Assembly (NCBI RefSeq): GCF_009914755.1
Contig: NC_060937.1
Length of the DNA: 64,000 nucleotides
DNA from: the human T2T-CHM13v2.0 reference genome, Homo sapiens
Strand: one strand, 5' to 3'
Positions 43,761 to 58,182 of this stretch are shown here, one piece after another (positions within the stretch are counted from its first letter, which is position 1; each line of letters begins with the position of its first letter). Made by a program: the position numbers and the translations under genes. A model generated the notes under the pieces. It did not search any database and was not told where the DNA came from. It saw only the letters and a program-made list of their open reading frames with translations.

Positions 43761-46409
43761 ATATGTATCTCTGGTGACTCTTCCTTTTTGGATGATGACC
43801 CCAGTCCTAACAGATTACGGCCTTACCCTTTTGCCCCTATTTAACCTTTAACTTCTTAAAAGCTCCTTCTCCAAATACAGTCACACTGGGAGATAGGGCT
43901 TCAGGTTAGGAATTCTGGGGGGACATAATTCTCTCCAGAACAGACACTAATATCATGAGTGCTCAGATTGCTAGTGAATATGTTCTTGTTACAATTATTT
44001 TCACTTTGCAGTTTTAAATAATGAATACTTGGATAAAAAATACCCACTGTATTCTAATTTTTTCAACACTTCTTACTTGCATGGATTCTAAACAGAAGTC
44101 CAATGTAATTCTTATGTCTGTTTCTCTGTAGACAATGTGTTTCTTCCTCTGCCTTATTTTAATATTTTATCTTTGTTACAGGTTTTCTACGGTTTGAATA
44201 TGATATTCCTAGGTATGTTTTTAAAATATTCATTCTGCTTGGTGTTCTCTGAGCTTTTTGGATTTGTAATTTGGTGTCTGTCATTAATTTGTGTTTTTTT
44301 CCTAGTTAAAATAATGAACTTTATAGATTTTACATTCTCAACTTTCACTTATTTTCAAAATGAGAGACAAGACACCTAAACTCCAAGATTTCAGTCCTGA
44401 ATGCAATAGTACCAGATTTTCAAGTTACATAAGTGAACTGCATAAACATCACTAGTTTCAAGTGTACCCTATAAGAAACACATGGACATACTTGCGTTGT
44501 TTAAACACACGGTGTCATATCAATAAACATCAAAGTATCTGACATATATTTGTCCATTAAAAGTAAACACAACTCTGAGTATCAAATTAAATTAATCATT
44601 TGCCTTTTATAATCTAAATCAGAAATTGAAAAACAGGAACATTGTAGAGGTAAGTGGCTGAAAATGCTCTGCTTACTGCACACAAGCACATCATGACAAA
44701 GAATGCTAGAAGTAGCTTTCCTCAGAAGAAATAATTGAACATTTAAAATATTATTTTCTCAGAAAAGTTAAAGCTTTTAGTGTAAAAGGCATGGTAAATG
44801 ACATTTTAACTTAATAGTTAACTATATAGCAAATTATAGATTTCAAGCAATTAGTTACCCACATTTCACCAGAACCTTCAGTGAAAGTGTCTACTCTCAA
44901 CATTGACCAGAACCTTCCTGTTCTGAAGTGTCTACTCTTTAGAGTTGCTTCAGCTTTACATATCTGTAAAACCTAAGATTACTCAATGAGAAGTTACACC
45001 TTATTCTGTACTAGATACACGTAATATATATAGATTTAGAACAAATGGATGTTTTTCAACTTCAAAAAAAGTATTTTAATTTACACAATGTTAGATTGTT
45101 TTTCACCCATGTGTATACATAACAGTGTTTCCCAAATTCACAGGGTCCATTTCCATAATTCTAAAGCAAAAATAGAGGCACACAAATGGATAATAATTCA
45201 TAGTTTTATGCCTTTTTTTAACCTATCTTTAAAGAAATTCAGTTGCCATGTAGACAAAGATGTGATGAACCTGTAACACATTTCTATGACTTGGAAAATT
45301 AAAGGTCTAAAAATCCTAAATGTAGTAGCTCTGGGCAGTTTGCAATTTGTGCATGGGTTCACTCACCCTATGGTCCGTGAACTCCCTTATCCTGCAAGCT
45401 GTAGGTACTTTCAGCAAATATGAGACTCAATAAGACTAAGGAAGGGCTTGTTTAAATTAGTTCCCCTCACAGTTGATTCTAATCTTGCAATGAACAGATT
45501 TAATGTACTAGTGAGTTAAATTTTAAAGTAATTATAAAGCCATTTACTCTATCATAAATGAATGAAATGTAAGAATCACACTTAAAACAAGTCTTTCATT
45601 TTAATGAATGGTATCTTTCATTTATATACAAGGAATTCACTTGCCAGCAGCATTTAAATATAGGAATAGTCTCGTCTTTTCTCTAGTGCCTTTTATAAAG
45701 CAGTGCCATTTCTAACTAGGTGTATTTGTTTCCCAGCTATTCAGTAACTACACTATAGGTATCTAATAGATTCAAGAAAAGATTGGAAAATTGAGAAGAT
45801 TTAGCATTTTAAACATTTGAAAAATGTTGCTACAAAGCATAGATTATGAATGCATTAGTAAAATAAATTGACACCTTATGTGAGAATCATTAAGTTGGTT
45901 TAATTATATCACAGAAGTATGGGCTCACTAATATTTATACCAATTTATGCTAATTAAACCAGAAAGTTTCTGTAGGTAATTCAGCTCTGCGCACCATTTA
46001 ATAGGGTTATGCCAAACAGAACCAATGGTTATATAATACCCAGAATATAAACCTCAGCAAATTCATACTTTTGGAATGGCAACACAAGTGAGAATGAGAG
46101 GCAATATTTCATTTCAAAGTACCATAGGCTGCTAAGAGTGTTCTTTTCTTTTAAAAATTTGTGTGGTTGTTAGTAATGTACCTTAACACTGGTCCTCCTT
46201 GACAGCGGTGTTAGAGATGGTTAGGTAGAACCTATATTACGGAAGTCAGCCTTGCCCATTTCTTTAGTTCAGTGATTAAAATTGAAATTACTTTTTCAAA
46301 ACAATTGAACTGCTGCTTACAATATAAATAGAATACCAACAGGATTCCTGTTGTATTCACATTATTCTCTAATTAGTATTTTTACATTTCCACTCTGACC
46401 TGACCTTCA

Positions 46410-47135
46410 GTAGTTCCTTTATTTTTATTTTCAAGCATTTTTGTGAGTATATAATAAGCATATATATTTATGGGGTGCATGAGATGTTTTGATACAGGCA
46501 TGCAGCATGAACTAATCACATCATGGAGAGTGGGTATCCATCCCTTTAAGCATGTTTCCTTTGTGTTACAATCCAATTAGATTCTTTTAGTTATTTTTAA
46601 ATGTACAATTATTGACTAGAGTCCCCCTGTTGTGCTATCAAATAGTATGTCTTATTCATTCCTTCTGCCTATTTTTGTACCCATTACCCGTGCCCTGTCT
46701 CCCCCCCCAGCCCCCTAGTACTTACTATGTCCATGAGTTCAATTGTTTTGATTTTTAGATCCCACAAATAAGTGAGAACATGCAATGTCTGCCTTTCCGT
46801 GCTTGGCTTATTTCCCTTAACATAATGATATCCAGTTCCTTCCATGTTGTTGCAAATGACTGAATCTCATTCTTTTTTAGGGCTGAATAATACTCCACTG
46901 TGTGTATCTACCACATTTTCTTTAATACATTAATCTGTTGATGGACACTTAGGTTGCTTCCAAATCTTAGCTATTGTCAACAGTGGTGCAACCAACATGG
47001 GAGTGCAGATAATTTCTTCGATATACTCATTTCTTATTTCTGGGGTATATATCCAACAGTGGGATTGCTGGATCATGTGGCACCTCTATTTTCAGTGTTT
47101 AGAGGAACCTCCAAACTGTTCTCCACCATGGCTGT
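46410..47135 (-). mobile_element. L1MA-type 3' end
   Basis: 'atatttatggggtgcatgagatgttttgatacaggcatgca' and 'gatcccacaaataagtgagaacatgc'. Confidence 0.85.
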
Positions 47136-47459
47136 ACAAGTAGTACCTTAAAATGCAAATGCAATTGGTAAAAGAACAAGGCAGCGTGTAGTGCTTGCAC
47201 TTACAAATACTGCCAGTTTTGTAACAATTTGCATTTTTTTTGTCTTTGAAAGAGTAACCACTTACTTAATAAAACGGATATTTAAAAGCGCAATATTCCT
47301 TCCTTTGCATGGCATGCAGGAATGGTGAAAGCAAAGAAACAGTCATCCCTTCTCTTCCCCCCACTTCTGGTCTCCCGAAATAGGAATGCCAGGTCAGACA
47401 GGTGGAGGAGGGAAATGGGGCACAGGTCAAGGTATGATGAATCTCTTAAAAAGAAATCC

Positions 47460-47760
47460 GGCCAGGCGCAGTGGCTCACGCCTGTAATCCCAGCACTTTG
47501 GGAGGCAGAGGCGGGCGGATCACGAATTCAGGAATCGAGACCATCCTGGAGAACACGGTGAAACACCGTCTCAACTAAAAATACAAAAAAATTAGCCGTG
47601 TGTGGTGGCGGACGCCTGTAGTCCCAGCTACTGGGAGGCTGGGGCTGGAGAATGGCATAAACCCGAGGGGCTGAGCTTGCAGTGAGCGGAGATGGCGCCA
47701 CTGCATTCCAGCCTGGGCGACAGAGTGAGACACCTTCCCCCCACCGCCAAAAAAAAAAAA
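47460..47760 (+). mobile_element. AluY
   Basis: 'ggccaggcgcagtggctcacgcctgtaatccc...gagcttgcagtgagc'. CpG-rich, with an interrupted tail. Confidence 0.92.
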
Positions 47761-47937
47761 TACAGCTTTCCCCAGAATGCTAGCCTGATAGGAACTCCAC
47801 CCCATCCATTCCAACCTAGTAAGGATAGTTTAGTTTGTCTTTTCTGGTCTCACTTCATTACATCTAGTGTTCTTTTTTTGTTTCTGTTATTAAATTTCAG
47901 AAGACAAACCTTAGCATTTTCTAAAAGAAATTATTTT

Positions 47938-49254
47938 TTACCTAAATACATTGGACTTTGGTCTTAATTTGAAGGAATAGGATAAGTGGACTTTAAGAGA
48001 GCGTTCCTACTCCTTCTCTTCCAGTGGCTGCTCTGGGTCCTTGAAAGAGGGTGTGATATGAACCATCTGGGTTGTGAAGTGGATTTTGTTGAGCCTGTGT
48101 TTTTTAAGTCCATTAGTCCTGCCCGAGGCTGTGCGCCTTGGAATCCTTGGCTTCACGTCTGGACCACCTTCAGCCAAGTGGTGATGGTGGAGAGGGTCCC
48201 CCCATCTTCCAGGACGTGTGAGAGTTTGTAGGTGGTGAGATGGAGGGGGCAGCTTTTAAATCTTCCAGTACTCACCCCCGCTGCTGGCGGTGCTCTCCCC
48301 ATCGTCCTTGTCCAGGACTCCCATCAGGGTCTCAATCTCTTCTGTGATGCTCTGACTCACATGCTGGGAGGCCCTTTTCCCAGTGTAGTCCCTGATGTCA
48401 ACATCGGCGTCCTATGTTCCCACTAGCAGCTTCACCATCTCCAAGGTACATGGCTGCCAAGTGCAGGGCGGTGTAGCTCTGGCCTTGCTGTTCCCAGGCA
48501 GCAGAGGCTCGTTGGGGAAGTTGACCAGCATGGCCAGAAGCTCCAGCCTGCAGTGCTAGGTGCCTGCGCAGGCAGGTGAGGCTGTGATGAAGCCCAGAGT
48601 GGCCAGCAGGCTGGCTGGCACGGGGGCAACCCCCTAAGCTGTCCACTCCCCATCGGAGGCCGAGAGCAGCCAGCTGTGCTCCCTGGTCCAGCTCACCCAG
48701 CCCCACAGCTCTCCTCTGCGGACGGGAAAGCCAGCGCTGCGCCGCCAGAGTCACTCGCCTCTGCGGTGTCCTCAGAGGAGGAGCTCCCAGGCTGCTGCCT
48801 CCAGGACACAGGTTCCTCTTCAAGGGCAGGACACTGTGCCTTCCCAAGTCGCTCAAGTTCTGGCGGAACGGCCTCGAGGTGGTAGCCCCCCAGGAGCCGC
48901 CCCTGTCCGCCTCCTGGCAACCGTGGGGTGGGGGCTCCAGGTCCTTGCTGGTCTGAGGTCCCGCATCTGGGGTAGGGGCTGGTGGAGCCAGCGAGCTCTT
49001 CCTGCGTCCCCGCTGCTCAGGGCGGCCCGTGCAGGGGCTGGGCTCCCCCTTGCCCAGCTCGGCCCTGCCTGTGGAGCACCTCGGGGACCGCTGTTTCAGG
49101 GAGGGGATGGTGAATGCTGCGCTCCGCATTCACGTGGACGCGGGACAGGTCCCAGGGGCGCGGCCTCAGGCGGAGGCCCCGCCAGAACCTCTTCCTGAGA
49201 CGCAGGTACTGGGCGCCATCGACGGGGTCCGTGCAGTGGCCACAGCGTTCACCC
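47938..49254 (-). pseudogene. SOWAHCP: SOWAHC (ANKRD57) pseudogene, 5'-truncated CDS remnant
   Basis: The minus strand gives VNAVAT...DGAQYLRLRKRF, DLEPPPHGCQEADRG, RQNLSDL, CPGGSS, YTALHLAAM, DADVDIRDY.GK and ...RPKSNVF.*, colinear with SOWAHC, with multiple frameshifts. Confidence 0.9.
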
Positions 49255-49908
49255 GGAGATACATTTAAACAGTTTTATTCTCCTGTTTTTTATTTTTTCA
49301 TTCCAGAAACCATTACTACTATGCAACAAAGTAAAAATATCTAGTTTAAATAATAATTTGATACGGTCAGGTGGGGATGAGTGCACACGTGTGTGTACAC
49401 ACACACGCAGGCTCTAAATGGGATATTTTGGCGGAGCAGAGGGATAAGGCTTTTATTTCGTTGGTGTGTTGAGTTAGAATCGCCCTTCTCACAATTAAAT
49501 AATTTAAATCAGGAGTTGTATTAAAGCTAATTTGTACAACTAGGCAACATCTTTTCTCCATATATTTATACACATATACACATCTCTAATATTTGCATTT
49601 ATTACTTCATCTAAAAGAGCTTGGAAAAAGGGTCCTAGGTCTTGGCTAGTTAAGGTAAAGATCTATATTTTAAGGTAATAAAAACGTTTGCTATGGACAG
49701 AGACATGCAGACACTGTGGGTGAAGCTGATTCATGTTCCATTGAAGGAAATGACATGGGGTTTTCTAAGGGAAAGCCCAGCATGCCGCAAGGAGAGGGGA
49801 GGTCCCAGGAGGGAATTGGAGTCAGCATTAGGATCTAAGTGTCACAGGGGAGTGTGTTCCCAAAAAAGACTGTGACTGTTTCTTTGTCCATCCTGAACTG
49901 GTTACCAT

Positions 49909-49909
<1 letters not shown>

Positions 49910-49966
<57 letters not shown>
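49910..49966. repeat. (TG)n microsatellite
   Basis: Read directly. Confidence 0.95.
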
Positions 49967-49967
<1 letters not shown>

Positions 49968-50095
49968 AATTAAAAGAGGAGTTACATGCTGGGGCATTTC
50001 TGGTATCTCAACTGGCATCTCAGCTGCTGGTGATGATGGCTATACATTTTCCTCAGTATTCAATGTGCGTATTTTGAGTTAACAGTCCACCCATT

Positions 50096-50341
50096 GGCTG
50101 AGGCAGGTGGATCATCTGAGGTGAAGAGTTTGAGACCAGCCTGGCCAATATGTGAAACTCTGTCTCTACTAAAAATACAAAAATTAGCCAGGCATGGTTG
50201 CAGCACCTGTAATCCCAGCTACTCGGGAGGCCAAGACAGGAGAATTGCTTGAATCCAGGAGACAGAATTTGCAGTGAGCTGAGATGGACCACTGCACTCC
50301 AGCTTGGGCAGCAGAGTGAGACTTGGTCTCAAAAAAAAAAA
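50096..50341 (+). mobile_element. 5'-truncated AluS
   Basis: 'ggctgaggcaggtggatcatctgaggt' through poly(A). Confidence 0.9.
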
Positions 50342-50397
50342 GTTATTGTGACATGCTGTACACATTCACAAATTCAGTGTCTCCCAGAAGCCTGAGA

Positions 50398-50900
<503 letters not shown>

Positions 50901-51789
50901 TGAAAGACAATTTTACTACCCAAATCACCCTTCTATAAAAAATAATAGAAGATGTCAAATATGAAAATAAAACTGTCCTCTGGGCCCTCAATTTTCTGTG
51001 TTATTGGGAAGGCAGACAGCTACTCAGCAGTTATATCCCATAAGAATGGATAACACTAAAACAACTGACAGCATCAAGTATTGGTTAGAAAGTGGAACTG
51101 ATTCTCTCAAACATTTTCATTGTAGTTTAAGATGGCACAACCACTTAGGAAAATGTCTCCCTATTTCATACAATGCCAAATATATACTTATTTTATAACC
51201 CAGAGAATCCACTCTTATGTACTTAAACTCAAGAAAAGTGAAAATATTATTACAGAAAAATGTGTATATCTGATTTGTTTGTAGCAGGTTTATTCATGAT
51301 AGCCTCAAATTAGAAACTGCTTTTGTGTCTATCAATAGTGGAGTGGATTATAAACAAAACAAGCAAAGGCCTCAAACCTGTGGTATAGTCATAAAATTGA
51401 GTATTACAAAATAAAATTAATGAATAATCAATAGGAGCAAAATGATGTCACAAGCATGTTTAGTGAATGAACATAAAATTATATAATTTATAGTTTCACT
51501 TATGTAAATGGTGAAAACAGACAAAACTATCCTTTTGTGGAAAGAATCAAAACGATGGAAGCCTCTGTGTTCAAATACTGAATGGAAATGGGCATGAGAA
51601 AACGTGTTTCTGTCAGATCTTCTATATGCCTGATGTACATTCACTAGATGTATTTTGCATATACTATTTTTGCAAATAAAACTGAGATAGACGCAAAATA
51701 ACTCAAGAGAAAATAGCTAGAAATAAGTAGAGTTGGGATAGAAGCCTTGGAAGCTCCCCCCTACCTTGCTCACCTGGCACAGGCCGAGG

Positions 51790-53300
51790 AAGCCCTGGGA
51801 CAATGCTGTGAGCGATCTGAGGGCCTTCCAGGGGAGCCCCGCCAGCCCATGCTGGTGCCCGAGCTGCCCGCCGCCATCCATCTGAATATGTTGCAAAGAC
51901 AGTGCTGGCCTGGCAACCGGTGACACTCCATGCCCCACCCCGACCCCCACTTCTACCCAAGTAGCGGCAACCCCAGAGACAGATGCCTGGGCGGCAGCGG
52001 CTAAGTCTGGTAGTTGGCCAGGCGGCCAAAGGACGGGAACTGGCCGTTCACCCCATCCCAGTTTCCACGGAGAACTCAGCCATCATGGCCCCTGAGCGGA
52101 CCCTCAGGCCTGGGCTGTGCTCTGTGCCTGCAAACCTGACGCCATCCAGGGGAGCTCCGCCTTCCCACGCCAGCGCCTCAGCTGCTGCAGAAAACTGCAA
52201 AACTGCAAGTTGCACACAGGCAGAGATGACGGAGCAACCCCTGACCCTCCGTGCCACTCACCCTACCCGCACACACACCTGCCACGTGGACCCTGAGGCC
52301 AGTGCCTGGGCGCCCAAGTCAGGCAGTCCGCACAGCAGTGGCACCAGGGTGAAAACCTGCTGCTCAATACCATCCCGGTTACCACAAAGAGCCAGCCCTG
52401 GTGGCCCCTGAGTTCTTGGAGGAGGCCAAGTCACAGCAACCCCTCAAGTGGGCGGGCGATGCACTTGACCCTGAGGACATCAGGTACCAGGCCCGCCAGC
52501 TGACGCCGACATCGGAGCCGCAGCTGCAGTCTAGACGTGGTGCACCGGCAGTAAGTGACTGGACACCCCAGACCAGGCCCGCCCCCCAGTAGCGTGGATC
52601 CTGAGGCCAGACCCCCAGGCGGCAAAATCAGGCGACGGGCCCCGCCAGCAGCCGCTCAGTTTCATCCATGTGGATACAGAGTGCCCAGCGCCCGGGCCCA
52701 GGATCCAGAGAGATGCCCAAGAAGAGCGGAACTTGAGGCCAGGTGGGCTGTGCGCTCTGCGACCCTGAGGCCATCCAAGGGAAGCTCCGCCGTCCCACGC
52801 CAGTGCCAGATCTGCAGCTGCAAACTGTGCGTGGGGCACTGGCAGCAGTGAGGGCTGGTGGGTGAAAGAGCAGCCCCTGACTCTGCCTCCATGCCTCTAC
52901 AGCTACCTGACACTAGCCACACAGACTCCAGGGCCAGAGCCTCAGCGTGAAGCCAGGCCATCTGCGAAGCCACCCAGGTGGCAGCGGAGTGCCCTTGCCA
53001 GCACCCTATCTCCCTTCCGAGGAGGAGCGGGGCGGGCTGCAAGGCCAGACAGGCCCTCCTTCTCAGGCCAGGCTGGCGGCGCTCCTGCGATCCTGGGGCC
53101 GCCCGGGCGATCCCAAGAGGACCTGCGAGCTCATCGGCGCCAGCCCAGAGCTGCAGCCCCACCTGCCGGCGCGCGCCACCAGGGAAGGGCTTCCGGGAGC
53201 CAGGCAGCAACTGCGGTGCAGGCGCGCGCCCAACGGCTTTGCGAGGCTCACTCGGTCTGAGAGGTCGGAGGCTGCGAGTGTCGCTGCTGAAGGCTGTGGT
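51790..53300. repeat. GC/CpG-rich degenerate ~320 bp-period repeat upstream of ANKRD20A (possibly REP522)
   Basis: The module ctgagg/gccatccagggg(a)agctccgcc..cacgccagcgcc..agctgcag recurs near 51820, 52140, 52470, 52770 and 53105. Family name uncertain. Confidence 0.55.
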
Positions 53301-53549
53301 GGACAGGGCTGGATCGCGGACTGTGGAGTAGATCACAGATTTGGGATCGCGCATTGGGGGTTGATCGCGGATTGAGGGTTGGATCAGGGACTTGGGGTTG
53401 GATAGGGGATTTGGGGCTGGGTCGGCCGGGGTCGGCAGAGGAGGTGGGTGAAAAGGTGACAGGGAGGTCGGCCGGGGTCGGGGGAGGGGGGTGGTGAAAA
53501 GGTGACAGGGAGCTGCCCCCGCTCAAGAGCCGGAGGTTGGGGTTTCTGA

Positions 53550-53765
<216 letters not shown>

Positions 53766-54065
53766 TAGCGGGGACTCAGCCCGGGGTGGGAGGGGGTCCC
53801 CAGGCCCGGCTTCCCCACTGCCCCTGGGACGGGGCCTTTCAGGGCTCTGGGCACCCTCAGAGCAGCGGAGCCAAACGGACTCTCAGCTGTTTTCCATCCC
53901 TCATAATTCCATGGCTGGAGCAGTTGGAGAATTTGAGTGATTTAACTCACAAAGTTAAGCAAACACAGTGTTGTTATTTTTAAAGTACACGTTGAAAACA
54001 TGGTTTATATACATTATAGGAGGTGCCTAATGAGAGAACTCTTTCCCCTATCAAAAATACCGTGA

Positions 54066-54487
<422 letters not shown>

Positions 54488-54511
54488 ATGTTGTTTATTA
54501 TATATCATAAG

Positions 54512-54555
<44 letters not shown>

Positions 54556-56110
54556 CTGATACGTATACATATATACCAGATATAATATGTCATATATATC
54601 AGTTATATATACACATTAGATGAAAAGTACATTTTCATTTGACAGGGAATTCTTTCAAATCAAATCATCAAACACTCTAAAATTGGGCAAAGTACACTTC
54701 TCCAGATCTGCAAGTTACTTGTGTACATAGGAAAAAGTCCTTCGCATTTCTGGCATAAGAATTTAAATTAAAAGAGGAATGAAACAGTTTTCTATCCACA
54801 ATATTTGTGAGGATGTTTTATACTCCTGCTTAAAGTTTAAGTTGCTGATTACTTTTCAAATAGATAATTTGGTGGTAAGTACTACAATTAAAAAATATGT
54901 ATGCCCTTTACCCATCAATTCCATTATACTAAAACACCCTTAGGAAATAAAGATACATGCACTTTATTTTTCACCTCACTTATTTTAAAAAGAACCCAAA
55001 GAGTGGATCCTATAAATAAACTTCAGTTGCATCCACAGGATGGAATAATATGTGACCATTGAAGGTGGCAATAGATACAGAAGTATATTGATGTGCGAAG
55101 ATGTATTTTGTTATAGCTAGTGAGAAAAAAATCAATTAAGTTATACATACAAACATACTATGGTCTTGTTTTATCAAAAAATATGTACAAAATATAAAAT
55201 TTGTAATTTCTGAGCATTTGTATTTTAAGTAAAGTTCTTTTCCTTTTTCTTATCTGTGATTGCTGCAGTGAGCATGTACAAAACTTCTAGTAAAGTTTAT
55301 TAATAAATAAATAATCCTTGGGAAGACAGGAATATGAATCTTACAATATTAAAAATAATTTCTCACTTTCTATTTTTTATCATTATTGAGTGTATTGTTA
55401 TCTTCTTTGAACTTTTAGCCTCTTCAGAAGTAAAAAGGGAATATTTTTATGTTTCCAGATTTCATTATCTATATATTTTATTATGTACATATGTTTTTCT
55501 TATGTATTCATTCAATTTATGCAAACAATGATAGATTAATCATTTCATTTTAATTGTATTCTTAAATAAAAATAACATATAAATATTACTATTGCAAAAA
55601 TATTGCTTTATAGGAGTTTATTTAAAAATATTGAACTCCCCAACTGTATTTTTCCATTCTTTCATTCCATTTATTCATCAAACATAACCTGAGTACCTGT
55701 TATGTAGCAGACATATTCTGCTATCTCTCAGGTCCCTTCTATCCTTAAAAACTTCATGTTTACCTGCCCTGCTGCACAAGCTGAGAGATTTAAAATAGGA
55801 ATATTGGGACTTAATCTCCTTGAAACTTTGTCACCCAACTTTCAAACAAAAGCATTTCTGAAGTTAGAAAATAGTAGAAGATAAGCTTTAACTGCCCACC
55901 CAAAAGGTTATCAGTCTTAAATACTAATATTAATCATGGGAATGTCTTATTTACATATATTCTGTAAGCATAAATATTGAATAAAATGAGCCATATGTAT
56001 TCATTTGAATCATGAGTTTCCTTTGTCTTCAATTTGTTTGAAAATCAAGGAATTAATTTGTTTGAAAAATGCATTATTATTATTTGTGTTCTATCCCCAT
56101 AGTACCTTTA

Positions 56111-58170
56111 AGCAGGTGGACAAGCCAGCAACCTCACCCACTCAAGGAAGCCCAGATGGCCAGGTTCCAACAGCATGAGTAGCTGCCACCTGATGGCTGA
56201 TGGAGCAGAGTCCTGAGGAAAAGCAGATGGCACTGGGGCCCTAACTCTAGGGCAGAAGAACTGATGTACTGTGACTGGCAGCATGTGAGGTTGGTGATTG
56301 GCCCACCTGTTCCTGGCACACCCTTGCAGAGGTGACCGGTTGCTCTTTGAGCCAGCTTGGCCTTGCCTGGCATGCACAAGCCTCGGTGCAACAACCGTGC
56401 TACAAATGGAGCCATATATAGGAAAGGAGCAGGAGGCTCAGGAGCAGGGTGTGCACTGACTTTGGGGCTCCAGTGCATGCCTCAGGGCTCCTATGGCACT
56501 GCAGGCTTCTTTGTTGCCAAGAGGCAGACCACAGGCCGTCTTGAGGAAGACTTTATGTACAAGTGCAGAAAGCAGCCAGGATTACCACCCAGGGGACTCG
56601 GTCTTCTGTGGCCCTGGCCTGACAGAATTTGGCCCAAGGCAGGACAAGGTCACTCAGAGCAGTGTGTCAGTAGGTGGGGCCTGGGCATGCGAGGCAAGGC
56701 CAAGCTGGCTCAAAGAGCAAGCAGCCACCTCTGCAAGGGTGTGCCTGGAGCAGGTGGACCAGCCACCAACCTCACCCACTGAAAGAAGCCAGGATGGCCA
56801 GGTTTCCACAGCCTGAGTGGCTGCCTCCTGATGGCTGATGGAGCAGAGACCTGAGGAAAAGCAGGTGGCATATTTAACTCTTTAATCCATCTTAAGTTAA
56901 TTTTTGTATAAAGAAGATGGCACCAGTCCATGCCTCAGGGCTCATATGGCACTGTGGGCCACAGAAGGGTGAGTCCCCAGGGTGGTAATCCTGCCTGCTT
57001 TCTGCACTTGAACATAAAGTCCTCCTCAAGACGGCCTGTGGTCTGCCTCTTGGCCCCACCTTTAGGATAGAAGAACTGATGTACCACGTCTGGCAGTGAG
57101 TGAGGTTGGCGGCTGGTCCATCTGCTCCTGTTACACCCTTGCAGAGGTGGCTGCTTGCTCTTTGAGCCAGCTTGGCCTTGCCTGGCATACACAAGCCTCG
57201 CTGCAACAAGTGTGCTACAAATGGAGCCATATAGAGGAAATGATCAGCAGGCTCAGGAACGGGGCGTGCACTGCCTTTGTGGCTCCAGTCCATGCCTCAG
57301 GGCTCGTATGGCACTGTAGGTTTCTTGGTCGCCAACAGGCAGACCACAGGCTTTCTTGAGGAGGACTTTATGTTCAAGTGCAGAAAGCAGCCAAGATTAG
57401 CACCCAGGGGACTGGGCCTTCTGTGGCCCTGGCCAGACTTAGAATTTGACCCAAGGCAGGACAAGCTGACTCGGTGCAGAGTGTCAGTACCTGGGACCTA
57501 TGCATGCCAGGCAAGGCCAAGCTGGCTCAGAGCAACTAGCCACATCTGCAAGGCTGCACCTGTAGCAGGCAGACAAGCCAGCAACCTCAGCTACTCAAGG
57601 AAGGAGGGATGGCCAGGTTCCCACAGCCTGAGTGGTTGCTGCCTGATGACTGATAGAGCAGAGGCCTGAGGAAAAGCATATGGCACTGGGGCCCTACCTC
57701 TAGGGTAGAAGAACTGATGTAAGCTGACCGGCAGCAAGTGAGGTTGGTGGCTGGTCCACCGGCTCCTGGCACAACCTTGCAGAGGTGGCCGGTTGCTTTT
57801 TGAGCCAGCTTGGCCTTGCCCGGCATGCACAAGTCTGTGCAACAACTGTGACACAAATGGAGCCACACAGAGAAAATGAGCAGCAGGCTCAGGAGCAGAG
57901 TGTGTGCTTCCTCGGGGGCTCCAGTCCATGCCTGAGGGTTCATATGGCACTGTGGGCTTCTTGGTTGCAAAGAGGTAGACCACAGGCCATCTTCAGGAGG
58001 TCTTTATGTGGAAGTGCAGAAAGCAGCCAGGATTACCACCCGTGGGACTCGGCCTTTTGTGGCCCTGGCCTGACAGAATTTGGCCCAAGGCAGGACAAGC
58101 TCACTCAGAGCAACATGTCGGAACCTGGGGCCTGTGCATGCCAGGCTAGGCAAAGCTGGCTTAAAGAGCA
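56111..58170. repeat. About three tandem ~640 bp units with internal ~110 bp inverted repeats
   Basis: 'agcaggtggac..agcca.caacctca' at ~56111, 56749 and 57564. 'gcagaccacaggc' at ~56524, 57339 and 57976 (variant). 'cagcttggccttgcc' and its reverse complement 'ggcaaggccaagctg' occur in each unit. Confidence 0.85.
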
Positions 58171-58182
58171 CCCAGAGCATCC

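Noticed and set aside
48398-49129. 243 aa ORF as a novel protein
   Set aside because: It moves in and out of the SOWAHC frame because of pseudogene frameshifts and has no ATG start.
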